From sequence record KY703222: a DNA stretch of 64,000 bases. One strand, 5' to 3'. Position numbers and translations under genes: made by a program. Each line of letters opens with the position of its first letter. The first letter of the stretch is position 1. Positions 36,251-45,169 of the stretch are shown in pieces. The stretch comes from Escherichia phage phiC120. The notes beneath the pieces were generated by a model. That model worked only from the letters and a program-made list of their open reading frames with translations. It did not search any database and was not told the DNA's origin.

Positions 36251-36481
36251 ATGGTACTTGAATTTAAACAATTTTTATACGAAGCATCTATTGACGAATT
36301 CATGGGTAAAATTGCTAGTTGTCATACCCTAGAAGGGCTTGAAGAATTGGAAGCTTATTATAAGAAACGTATAAAAGAAACGGAATTAAAAGATACAGAT
36401 GATATTTCTGTCAGGGATGCCTTAGCAGGTAAGCGTGCCGAACTTGAAGGCGACGATGAGGATGAGGAAGAAGACTTCTAA
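36251..36481 (+). CDS. uvsW.1: UvsW.1 small acidic protein
   Basis: 76 aa with acidic C-terminus; follows uvsW as in T4. Confidence 0.8.
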   Translation: MVLEFKQFLYEASIDEFMGKIASCHTLEGLEELEAYYKKRIKETELKDTDDISVRDALAGKRAELEGDDEDEEEDF

Positions 36482-36490
36482 TTAAAAAAA

Positions 36491-36513
36491 GGCCCGACCT
36501 TTTTGGAAGGGCC
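36491..36513. terminator. hairpin GGCCC-N13-GGGCC between convergent uvsW.1 and uvsY.-2
   Basis: GC stem flanked by A-runs on both sides in a convergent intergenic region. Confidence 0.45.
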
Positions 36514-36540
36514 AAAAACCATAGGCAAAAAAAGGTAACA

Positions 36541-36708
36541 CTATAGTAAAAGTTGGGTTTCGTTCAATTGCTCTTCTGAACTTTCTGAAACCGGCAATTG
36601 TTGTACATAATTATAACAAGGACCAGGATGTGCTGGACCTTTGTCTGTTTCAACAACCAATGCAGAATCGATTGGAGTTTTACAGACAACACAAATCTTA
36701 TCTGACAT
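36541..36708 (-). CDS. uvsY.-2: small Cys-containing protein (T4 uvsY.-2-like), 55 aa
   Basis: Below ORF-track threshold; translated manually (MSDKICVVCKTPIDS...); AGGAGG SD and late promoter upstream. Confidence 0.65.
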   Translation of the reverse strand: MSDKICVVCKTPIDSALVVETDKGPAHPGPCYNYVQQLPVSESSEEQLNETQLLL

Positions 36709-36727
36709 GATTGCCTCCTAAGTTGAA

Positions 36728-36735
36728 ATTACATA
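36728..36735 (-). promoter_or_regulatory. late promoter TATAAATA (minus strand) for uvsY.-2
   Basis: Plus-strand TATTTATA about 20 nt upstream of the uvsY.-2 start. Confidence 0.55.
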
Positions 36736-36740
36736 TCTAT

Positions 36741-36965
36741 TTATACCACTCGCATGCACATATCGATACCCATATCTTTTGTATAAAAATACTCGTCGAT
36801 GTACCCAGCAAACTTCCCTTTAATATAAAGGACGTCTTCACCACAAGGGTGGTCTGCCAGGATACGAATATCCTGACGTCGTAGACGATACTTTTCCATT
36901 AAGAATTTAATTTCTGTTTCAAATTCTTCATCATTATTAAAGGCATCTTCAATTGAATAACGCAT
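36741..36965 (-). CDS. uvsY.-1: hypothetical protein (T4 uvsY.-1-like)
   Basis: 74 aa ORF directly downstream of uvsY. Confidence 0.75.
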   Translation of the reverse strand: MRYSIEDAFNNDEEFETEIKFLMEKYRLRRQDIRILADHPCGEDVLYIKGKFAGYIDEYFYTKDMGIDMCMRVV

Positions 36966-37378
36966 TATTGCCCCGCTTCAAATTCTCGCATATCTTGAAT
37001 ATGTTTAAGTGCAAAACTACGAGACTTAACTGCATCAAGTGCACCACTACAGAACTCAAGTAAAATTCCCCAGTATTGTAAAGTAGTCTCTATTTTAAGC
37101 ACATCTTTATCTGCAGCCAGGACAGTTTTCATTTCAGATTTTTCGTATCGGTCCATACTGAATTCATCACCGTCACCTCGTCCCGAGTAGTAGTCTAATC
37201 TTGCTTTTAGAGCAGTTTTCTTCTGAGTCTCTATACGCAACATTTCTTTACGAATAAATGAGTGCTTACGTAGCCATTTGCTGTATAACTTAACATTATT
37301 CGCCGTCTCATATTGCAACTTTGTCGTATCAATAGCTAAGTCTGCGTCTAACTCTTCCTGTAAATCTTCCAGCTTCAT
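36965..37378 (-). CDS. uvsY: recombination mediator UvsY
   Basis: 137 aa from MKLEDLQEEL; matches recalled T4 UvsY; track ORF N-terminal extension rejected. Confidence 0.9.
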   Translation of the reverse strand: MKLEDLQEELDADLAIDTTKLQYETANNVKLYSKWLRKHSFIRKEMLRIETQKKTALKARLDYYSGRGDGDEFSMDRYEKSEMKTVLAADKDVLKIETTLQYWGILLEFCSGALDAVKSRSFALKHIQDMREFEAGQ

Positions 37379-37443
37379 AATGTTCTCTCTTTTAACTAAT
37401 AATCTCCCGGCTGTATCGGAAGGACCTAAAACCATTATACATA

Positions 37444-37469
37444 GGTTGCCTTGAAGCATTACACTCTAT
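37444..37469 (-). promoter_or_regulatory. MotA-dependent middle promoter of uvsY (oriF-like position)
   Basis: Minus-strand ATGCTTCA (MotA box), 12 nt, TATAAT, about 65 nt upstream of uvsY ATG and overlapping the 3' end of gene 25. Confidence 0.55.
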
Positions 37470-37857
37470 TGCTTGACGCTAACTGAAGTTTAATTTGTTC
37501 AATATCGTCAGGGTTGTCTACGACCGAAAATCTAATCTCTACTATAACTGTATAGTCATCATATACTGGCGTTACACTTACAGAAAGTTTGTCGATGCGT
37601 GGCTCATAGTTACGAACAGCTGCTTGGATATTACGCTCAATAGTATCGGCTGTAAGTGGTGTCATGTTCTCGAAAAGTTCATCGACCAAATCGCATCCAA
37701 ATTCAGGGTCGAAGGGGCGTGAGCCTTTTCTAGTTGTCACTATGCCAAGAAGACTATTTTTAATAGAACGAAGTCCTACAGAACGAGCAACGTCCTTGTT
37801 CCAATCCATACGCATTTCTGGGTCGATATCTGAATAAAGTTTATTGATATTAGACAT
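37459..37857 (-). CDS. 25: baseplate wedge subunit gp25
   Basis: 132 aa; near-identical to recalled T4 gp25. Confidence 0.93.
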   Translation of the reverse strand: MSNINKLYSDIDPEMRMDWNKDVARSVGLRSIKNSLLGIVTTRKGSRPFDPEFGCDLVDELFENMTPLTADTIERNIQAAVRNYEPRIDKLSVSVTPVYDDYTVIVEIRFSVVDNPDDIEQIKLQLASSNRV

Positions 37858-38483
37858 TATAATAACTCAAAGAATTCTTTGAGGCCTCGTATTGTGTGAA
37901 CGTGTGACGCCCCACATTTGGGACATTTAATAGGGGTTGCCAGATAAATTGATGGCGACACCAAAAGATTTTTAATATTGATCATGTCATCTTCTGTTAT
38001 AAGACCATAAAGGTCGTTTATTTCTGCTTCAGTTAAATCTTCAACAGGGATGGACTCTCCATTGACAAAAACAGCCTCAATACATGAAGCAATCATTAAC
38101 GCGATATTTTTATCATCAAATAATTTAGGTTGACGGAACTTAATTTTAATACCACTGAACGAATACCAGGGATCGGCCTGTTCATCTAATTGAGTGTGCA
38201 ATAAATTCATATAGACTTGAAATGAATGCCCACAGGAACAATTCCAGGTGTGTTCTTGATTCACTTCACCCAATGAATGTGCCCACAGATTTACCAACAA
38301 TAACTCGGCTTCTTGTTTAGTCAAGTTTTTAGCGTTAGAGCAATTAGTGATAATATTGTTCACTGCTGATTCAATAGTACCGGTAGCCCGCGCACCTATG
38401 AGTCCTAAATATTCTTTTAAAGTAAAGGCTCTACAATTCACTTCTTTATCGCCTAAACGTACGGTAAACGTATATTTGTACAT
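37857..38483 (-). CDS. 26: baseplate hub subunit gp26
   Basis: 208 aa; synteny. Confidence 0.9.
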   Translation of the reverse strand: MYKYTFTVRLGDKEVNCRAFTLKEYLGLIGARATGTIESAVNNIITNCSNAKNLTKQEAELLLVNLWAHSLGEVNQEHTWNCSCGHSFQVYMNLLHTQLDEQADPWYSFSGIKIKFRQPKLFDDKNIALMIASCIEAVFVNGESIPVEDLTEAEINDLYGLITEDDMINIKNLLVSPSIYLATPIKCPKCGASHVHTIRGLKEFFELL

Positions 38484-38501
38484 GTTAACTCCTTTATTGT
38501 G

Positions 38502-38513
38502 TATTTATAAATA
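38502..38513. promoter_or_regulatory. palindromic bidirectional late promoter TATTTATAAATA
   Basis: 12-bp palindrome reads TATAAATA on both strands; between divergent genes 26 (-) and 51 (+). Confidence 0.55.
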
Positions 38514-38530
38514 ATAGAAAAGGAGTAATT

Positions 38531-39283
38531 ATGGCTAATATAATTCGTTGTAAATTACCGGATGGTGTTCATCGTTTTAAGCCGTTCACTGTGGCGGATT
38601 ATAGAGACTTTTTACTAGTTAGAAATGATATCGAACATCGTTCGCCGCAAGAACAAAAAGAAATAATTGCCGATCTGATTGATGATTATTTTGGCGAGTA
38701 CCCTAAAACATGGCAACCATTTATATTCCTGCAAGTTTTTGCAGGCTCTATAGGCAAAACAAAAGTTCCCGTTATTTTCACTTGCCCTAAATGCTCTAAA
38801 GAAAAAACTGCACCATTTGAGATATATCAAAAAGAACTAGTCGAACCTGAACTTGATGTTGCTGGTATAAAAATACGTTTTTCTTTCCCTGAAAAGTTTT
38901 ATGACAACAAGGCATTAATGATAAGTGAAAACATAAAAGAAATATATTATAATGGCGAATGGTACCCATGGAATGATTTGACTGAAGAGAACCAAATCCA
39001 AGTAATAGAAGCAATAGACATTGACTCTCTCGAGAAGGTTATTGCTTCTATGAACCCTATTAATTTGACCCTTAGATTAGGTTGTTGTGAACGCCATGTT
39101 AAAACATATACTGATATCTTAGAGGTTTTTAAATTGTTAGTTAACCCTGATGAGATTTTTACATTCTATCAGATAAACCATTCACTAGTAAAGAGTCAAT
39201 ACACATTGGATTCTATTATGCAAATGATTCCTGTTGAACGTGGTATTGCTTTAACATTAGTAGAAAAGGACCATAAAAAATGA
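38531..39283 (+). CDS. 51: baseplate hub assembly catalyst gp51
   Basis: 250 aa; synteny. Confidence 0.9.
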   Translation: MANIIRCKLPDGVHRFKPFTVADYRDFLLVRNDIEHRSPQEQKEIIADLIDDYFGEYPKTWQPFIFLQVFAGSIGKTKVPVIFTCPKCSKEKTAPFEIYQKELVEPELDVAGIKIRFSFPEKFYDNKALMISENIKEIYYNGEWYPWNDLTEENQIQVIEAIDIDSLEKVIASMNPINLTLRLGCCERHVKTYTDILEVFKLLVNPDEIFTFYQINHSLVKSQYTLDSIMQMIPVERGIALTLVEKDHKK

Positions 39284-40452
39284 CAGTATTCCAACGTCCA
39301 GGATATCCTAACTTAAGCGTTAAATTATACCAAGATTATTCGGCTTGGCAAGAAAATAGATATGTTGAACTCGCAGCAACAATAACAACTTTAACCATGC
39401 GAGATTCACTATATGGAAGAAATGAAGGGATTCTTCAATTTTATGACACTAAAAACATCCACACTAAAATGGATGGTAGACAGATAGTTCAAATCTCTGT
39501 TTCAAATTCAAACACACCTCTTCAAGTTAGAACTCGAATTTATGGATGTAGACATTATTCTGTGTCTGTGGACTCAAAAGGTGACAATATTATCGCAATT
39601 GAGCTTGGAACAATACATTCTATAGAGAACCTTAAATTTGGGCGACCATTCTTCCCAGATGCAGGCGAATCTATACGTGAAATGTTAGGTGTCATATACA
39701 AAGACCGTACGTTAATTACTCCGCCAATAAACACTATTAATGCTTATGTTCCTGATATTCCTTGGACAAGCACATTTGATGATTATTTGGCATATGTCAG
39801 AGAATTAGGACTTGCTACAGCGAGTGATAAGTTCGTATTCGTATGGCAAGATATTTTAGGCGTAAACATGATTGACTACGATACTCTTATTGGCCAGGAA
39901 GGCATTAAGATGGTTGTAGGCGAGCCAAATACCGTAGGTCAGTATATTCAAGAGCTTGAGTATCCATTAGTATGGGATTTTACCTGGATGACTAAAGCTA
40001 ACCAATTTACAAGAGACCCTATTAAAAACGCCACGGTATTCGCCCATTCATTTTTAGATACATCTATTCCGGTTATTGTTACAGGTGATGGTGATAACGC
40101 TATTGTTGTGTCAAGATCTGGTGGATATTCCGAAATGACCTATCGTAATGGATTTGAAGAAGCAAGTCGTCTTCAGACAATGGCTCAATATGACGGATAT
40201 GCTAAATGCACTACTACAGGTAATTTTAACATAACGCCTGCTACTAAAATTATATTTGTTGACCAAAAGAACCAATTCAAATCCGAATTTTACGTGGATG
40301 AAGTTATTCATGAGTTATCAAATAACAACTCACAAACTCATCTGTACATGTTTACCAACTCAATGGTGTTAGAACCTGTTAACCCAGTTAAGGTTAAAAA
40401 TGAACTTAAATCTGATTCTACCTCTAAAGAAAATAATTCTACCACAGTCTAA
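39280..40452 (+). CDS. 27: baseplate hub subunit gp27
   Basis: 390 aa; synteny. Confidence 0.93.
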   Translation: MTVFQRPGYPNLSVKLYQDYSAWQENRYVELAATITTLTMRDSLYGRNEGILQFYDTKNIHTKMDGRQIVQISVSNSNTPLQVRTRIYGCRHYSVSVDSKGDNIIAIELGTIHSIENLKFGRPFFPDAGESIREMLGVIYKDRTLITPPINTINAYVPDIPWTSTFDDYLAYVRELGLATASDKFVFVWQDILGVNMIDYDTLIGQEGIKMVVGEPNTVGQYIQELEYPLVWDFTWMTKANQFTRDPIKNATVFAHSFLDTSIPVIVTGDGDNAIVVSRSGGYSEMTYRNGFEEASRLQTMAQYDGYAKCTTTGNFNITPATKIIFVDQKNQFKSEFYVDEVIHELSNNNSQTHLYMFTNSMVLEPVNPVKVKNELKSDSTSKENNSTTV

Positions 40453-40933
40453 TAAAAAGGTAATGATTCCTAAATTAGGGCTCAAACATTATAATCTTTT
40501 AAAGGACGTTAAAGGCCCTGATGAAAACATGAAAATCTTAGCTGATTCTATTTGTAAAAATATGAGTCCAGCAGATTTTGATTTTGCATGTCTACACATA
40601 TTGGAATTTAATAACAAACTTAAGTCTGAAGTTGAAAAAGACAGATTCACATATAAACTAGATGACGTCTATGTATGCCAACGAACAGAATTCCAATTCC
40701 AAGGCAATACTTTTTATTTTAGACCTCCAGGCAAATTTGAACAATTCGCTACAATCAGTGAAATGTTATCAAATTGCTTAATAAAAGTTAATGACGAAGA
40801 GAAAGAAATTTCTTTCCTTGAGATGCCTGCTTTTGTAATCAAATGGGCAGAAGACCTTTCGACAACTATTGCTATTCCAGGCCCTAATGGTCCTATTAAG
40901 GGTATAGCAGAAATTATTGGATTGCTTGAATGA
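40400..40933 (+). CDS. 28: baseplate hub distal subunit gp28
   Basis: 177 aa; overlaps 3' end of gene 27 in another frame. Confidence 0.9.
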   Translation: MNLNLILPLKKIILPQSNKKVMIPKLGLKHYNLLKDVKGPDENMKILADSICKNMSPADFDFACLHILEFNNKLKSEVEKDRFTYKLDDVYVCQRTEFQFQGNTFYFRPPGKFEQFATISEMLSNCLIKVNDEEKEISFLEMPAFVIKWAEDLSTTIAIPGPNGPIKGIAEIIGLLE

Positions 40934-42498
40934 AACCTGAAGAAATGAAATCCATGCGTAGAAATAAGGTCATTGCCGATAATAAACCACAAAAAGTAGC
41001 TGCAACAGCAGCTACCGATTCATTAGAAGCATTGAATGATATTTCATCAAAACTAGACGATGTCCAAGCCGCGTCTGAACTCACATCGCAAAGTGTAGAA
41101 GATAAAGGCAACGGAATTATTGAATCAATTGGAGACTTAAAGAATTCTACAGATAATACTGCTGAAGGCACAGAGCTTATCGCAGAAGTTATTGAAAAAC
41201 AAACTGAAGTCACTAAAAGTATAAACGAAGTTTCTAGTGCAATAAGCTCTAAGTTAGACCGATTAGCTACATTATTAGAGCAAAAATTACAAACATCCAC
41301 CGCTATTCAAAATACAGGAGGCACCTCTCTTGAAGTAATTGAGAACGCAATACCTGTTAAAGTGGTTGAGAACGAAACTTCTGATGAGTTGTTTAAAGCA
41401 TTACCTACACCTGAAAAGATTGATAATAAGCCAGACGAAGATTTCTTCCCAGCACCGGTTCAAGAAAGTGCTAATTCTACTTCCGATTCTAAAGGCGGAA
41501 TTAGCTTTAAATTGAGTGATAAAATTGCAATGCTCACCAAAACAGTTCAAGCCGGGTTTAATAAATCAATATCAATTTCAGACAGAATTGCTGGAATGCT
41601 TTTCAAATACACTATAACGGCTGCTATTGAAGCAGCAAAAATGGCCGCACTTATTCTTGGTATTGTTATCGGTATTGATTTATTGATAGTCCATTTCAAA
41701 TACTGGACAGACAAGTTCACTTCTGCCTGGGATTTATTTGATGAAAACTTTACTAAATTCTCCGACGAAGCTAAAGAGTGGGGTAAATTCTTAAGCGATA
41801 TATTCACTTCTATTGACTCGATAAAACAATTGTGGGAAGCTGGAGACTGGGGTGGTTTAACCGTTGCTATTGTCAAAGGTGTAGGAACAGCATTAATGAA
41901 CTTAGGTGAACTAATTCAATTAGGAATGGCTAAACTCTCCGCGTCTATATTGCGTGCTATAGGTTTTGGTGATACCGCGGACGAAATAGAAGGACGTGCT
42001 TTAGAAGGATTCCAAGAAACTACTGGGAACAAATTAAAGAAAGAAGACCAAGAGAAAGTCGCCAAATATCAAATGAAGCGTGACGACGGGGAATTAGGAA
42101 CCGTTTCTAAAGGTCTTGATATGTTACAACGCGGCAAAACATTCGTTACTAACTGGGTTCGTGGTAATGACAATAAAGAAGAGTTTAGTACAAGCGATGA
42201 GCGTGCTGCAGAATCGGCAAAATTAAAAGAGTTACCTGAAGAGGAACGTAAAGAGGCATATATAAAAGCTAATGAAACTCGGGCGGCCTTAGTTAGATTT
42301 GAGGATTATATCGATAAAATCGATATGACTAATCCGGAAAATGCTAAAAACGTTGAGAAGTCTTATGCCGATTTAAGTAAACTTATTAAAGACCCTGAAC
42401 TTAATAAAACTCCTGTTGTTAAAAAGGAATTAGATGCTAGATTTGAAAAGCTAAATAATAAAATGGCTGAAGCAAAAAAAAACTCAGACAACAGTTAA
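40930..42498 (+). CDS. 29: baseplate hub subunit / tail length determinator gp29, frame 1 segment ending early after an A9 run
   Basis: 522 aa in this frame against about 590 aa recalled for T4 gp29; TM segment and coiled coils present. Confidence 0.85.
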   Translation: MKPEEMKSMRRNKVIADNKPQKVAATAATDSLEALNDISSKLDDVQAASELTSQSVEDKGNGIIESIGDLKNSTDNTAEGTELIAEVIEKQTEVTKSINEVSSAISSKLDRLATLLEQKLQTSTAIQNTGGTSLEVIENAIPVKVVENETSDELFKALPTPEKIDNKPDEDFFPAPVQESANSTSDSKGGISFKLSDKIAMLTKTVQAGFNKSISISDRIAGMLFKYTITAAIEAAKMAALILGIVIGIDLLIVHFKYWTDKFTSAWDLFDENFTKFSDEAKEWGKFLSDIFTSIDSIKQLWEAGDWGGLTVAIVKGVGTALMNLGELIQLGMAKLSASILRAIGFGDTADEIEGRALEGFQETTGNKLKKEDQEKVAKYQMKRDDGELGTVSKGLDMLQRGKTFVTNWVRGNDNKEEFSTSDERAAESAKLKELPEEERKEAYIKANETRAALVRFEDYIDKIDMTNPENAKNVEKSYADLSKLIKDPELNKTPVVKKELDARFEKLNNKMAEAKKNSDNS

Positions 42499-42703
42499 GC
42501 CTGAATCTTCAACTAAATCTCCGGAAGCAAAACAAGTTCAGTCAATAGAGAAAGGACGTGCTTCTGAATCTAAACAACAGCAACCGGTAGCGACGATTAG
42601 TAACACAAATAATGTCGTCAAAAAGAATACCGTAGTCCAGAATATGACCCCTGTAACAAGTACAACGGCTCCTGGAATTTTCCATGCCACCGGTGTTAAT
42701 TAA
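42474..42703 (+). other. 29: A9 homopolymer plus 73-codon +1-frame continuation (putative gp29 C-terminus)
   Basis: Reading with one A fewer gives ...AKKTQTTVKPESST...GIFHATGVN, ending 8 nt before gene 48 ATG. Confidence 0.7.
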
Positions 42704-42711
42704 GGATTATT

Positions 42712-43821
42712 ATGATTAGTGTAAAAGAAATAGTAGTAGATGCAAAGGATTTAAATAAAGCAATCCCAGTCTCAGAAAGTGCTGGGCAAAGCACTAAAAC
42801 CGAAACAACTACTAAAACTTATGTTGCTCAATTTCCTACAGGAAGAGCAGCCGGAAATGACTCCACAGGAGACTTCCAGGTAACAGACCTTTATAAGAAC
42901 GGATTATTATTTACCGCGTACAATATGTCTGCACGCGATTCAGGATCCCTAAGAAATTTACGTCCGGCATATGCCAGGACTTCATCTAATGGTATCTTAT
43001 CAGATTTAACTGATAACGTGAAAGATGCAGTGACTAAATTCTCAAACGGATTGCTTCCTGCCGGAGCTAATAAATCTACTATAAATAAAACTCCTGTTGC
43101 TAATATCCTTTTGCCGCGTTCCAAATCTGACGTTGATACAACTTCGCATCGTTTTAATGATATCGGTGATAGCCTTATTACTAAAGGTGGAGGTACTGCT
43201 ACAGGTGTTTTAAGTAACATTGCTTCTACTGCAGTCTTTGGTGCATTAGATTCTATTACTCAAGGTCTTATGGCTGATAATAACGAACAGATTTATACGA
43301 CTTCTCGTAGTATGTACGGCGGTGCTGAGAACCGTACTAAAGTCTTTACATGGGATTTAACTCCACGTTCAACTGAAGACCTTATGGCTATTATAAACAT
43401 TTACCAATATTTTAACTATTTCTCATATGGCGAGACCGGTAAATCACAATACGCCCAAGAGATTAAAAGTTATTTAGACGAATGGTACCGTTCAACGTTT
43501 ATTGAGCCTATGACACCAGACGATGCTGTAAAAAATAAGACATTGTTTGAAAAGATTACTGCGTCATTAACAAACGTATTAGTTGTAAGCAACCCTACGA
43601 TTTGGATGGTTAAAAACTTTGGACACACATCTAAATTTGACGGGTTAACTGATGTATTTGGCCCATGTCAAATTCAAAGCGTACGTTTTGATAAAACTCC
43701 AAATGGACAATTTAATGGTCTCGCTGTTGCTCCTAACTTACCATCAACATTTACGTTAGAGATAACAATGCGAGAAATTATTACATTAAACCGTTCTTCA
43801 CTTTATGCGGGGACTTTCTAA
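42712..43821 (+). CDS. 48: baseplate tail tube cap gp48
   Basis: 369 aa; synteny. Confidence 0.92.
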   Translation: MISVKEIVVDAKDLNKAIPVSESAGQSTKTETTTKTYVAQFPTGRAAGNDSTGDFQVTDLYKNGLLFTAYNMSARDSGSLRNLRPAYARTSSNGILSDLTDNVKDAVTKFSNGLLPAGANKSTINKTPVANILLPRSKSDVDTTSHRFNDIGDSLITKGGGTATGVLSNIASTAVFGALDSITQGLMADNNEQIYTTSRSMYGGAENRTKVFTWDLTPRSTEDLMAIINIYQYFNYFSYGETGKSQYAQEIKSYLDEWYRSTFIEPMTPDDAVKNKTLFEKITASLTNVLVVSNPTIWMVKNFGHTSKFDGLTDVFGPCQIQSVRFDKTPNGQFNGLAVAPNLPSTFTLEITMREIITLNRSSLYAGTF

Positions 43822-44783
43822 TGTACTCTTTAGAAGAATTTAATAACCAAGCTATAAATGCAGATTTCCAACGAAACAATATGTTTAGTTGTGTATTTGC
43901 TACTACACCGTCGACCAAATCGTCTTCACTAATTTCGTCAATTGGTAGTTTTGCTTATAATAACTTAGGGTTGGATTCCGATTGGCTAGGATTGACTCAA
44001 GGTGATATCAATCAGGGCGTAACAACCCTGATTACAGCAGGAACACAGAAATTAATTCGAAAATCAGGTGTAAGTAAATATCTGATTGGAGCAATGAGTC
44101 AACGTACGGTACAAAGCTTGTTAGGTGAATTCACAGTAGGAGCTTATCTGATAGACTTCTTCAATATGGCATATAATAATACAGGTTTAATGATTTATTC
44201 TGTAAAAATGCCTGAGAACCGATTATCTTATGAAACAGATTTCAACTATAACTCACCGAACATCCGAATTACCGGTCGTGAAATGGACCCGTTAGTAATA
44301 AGCTTTAGAATGGATTCCGAAGCATCTAACTTTAGAGCAATGCAAGACTGGGTAAACTCAGTCCAAGACCCTGTAACAGGTCTTCGTGCTTTACCGCAAG
44401 ACGTCGAAGCAGATATTCAGGTTAATTTACATGCACGAAATGGTTTACCACATACCGCTGTCATGTTCACCGGATGTATTCCTGTTAGTGTCTCTTCTCC
44501 TGAGTTAACGTATGATGGTGATAATCAGATAACAGTTTTTGATGTAACATTTGCTTATCGCGTTATGCAATCAGGTGCTGTAAATAGGCAGGCCGCTTTA
44601 GAATGGCTGGAATCAGGACTTATTAGTAGCGTTTCAGGAATGTTTGGGAATAATCAAAATGATTCTGGGCTAGGAAGTGCGGTATCAAGACTTTCTAGAT
44701 TAGGTGGGACTGCTGGAGGTGTGTCTAATATAAACACATTGACAGGTGTGGTGAATTCTGCATCAAGAGTTTTAGGTCTATAA
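43821..44783 (+). CDS. 54: baseplate tail tube initiator gp54
   Basis: 320 aa, same length as T4 gp54. Confidence 0.92.
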   Translation: MYSLEEFNNQAINADFQRNNMFSCVFATTPSTKSSSLISSIGSFAYNNLGLDSDWLGLTQGDINQGVTTLITAGTQKLIRKSGVSKYLIGAMSQRTVQSLLGEFTVGAYLIDFFNMAYNNTGLMIYSVKMPENRLSYETDFNYNSPNIRITGREMDPLVISFRMDSEASNFRAMQDWVNSVQDPVTGLRALPQDVEADIQVNLHARNGLPHTAVMFTGCIPVSVSSPELTYDGDNQITVFDVTFAYRVMQSGAVNRQAALEWLESGLISSVSGMFGNNQNDSGLGSAVSRLSRLGGTAGGVSNINTLTGVVNSASRVLGL

Positions 44784-44790
44784 GAAAAAA

Positions 44791-44807
44791 GGGAGACGTT
44801 GTCTCCC
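44791..44807. terminator. hairpin GGGAGAC-GTT-GTCTCCC between convergent gene 54 and the alt-adjacent ORF
   Basis: Same stem as the 9840/29187/52007 hairpins with a different loop; A-run upstream, T-run downstream. Confidence 0.6.
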
Positions 44808-44816
44808 TTTAGGGGT

Positions 44817-45110
44817 TTATTTACGGAATGAAAGAAATGCTGGTGCTCGGAATGGAGTATCATCTTTAGAGTATTTAACTAATACGACCATTGGTACCTC
44901 TGTTTCTAAATGACCTGTCAGCACACCGATAAAAATTTGATCAGTGTGCTCAGGGTCACGAAAGTTTTTAAGAGGTTCCATAGCAATATGGAATGCACCT
45001 GGGAATACTCGATTCAATTCGTCAATCACAGCTTCGTTAAAAACATCATCCGCTGGGATAACATCTTCAACTACTAGTTCTTGACCATTAAAGCGAAGCA
45101 TAGATTTCAT
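44817..45110 (-). CDS. hypothetical early protein (97 aa) downstream of alt
   Basis: Start set at MKSMLRF (GAGGAA SD) because the early promoter lies inside the track's longer ORF. Confidence 0.55.
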   Translation of the reverse strand: MKSMLRFNGQELVVEDVIPADDVFNEAVIDELNRVFPGAFHIAMEPLKNFRDPEHTDQIFIGVLTGHLETEVPMVVLVKYSKDDTPFRAPAFLSFRK

Positions 45111-45139
45111 AACGTTTTCCTCATGTTGTTGATAGGATG

Positions 45140-45169
45140 ATAGTATCACACATCCATGTGCTTGTAAAC
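45140..45169 (-). promoter_or_regulatory. early promoter GTTTACA-N17-TACTAT
   Basis: Minus-strand AGTTTACA, 17 nt containing TGTGA, TACTAT; just downstream of alt stop. Confidence 0.5.
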
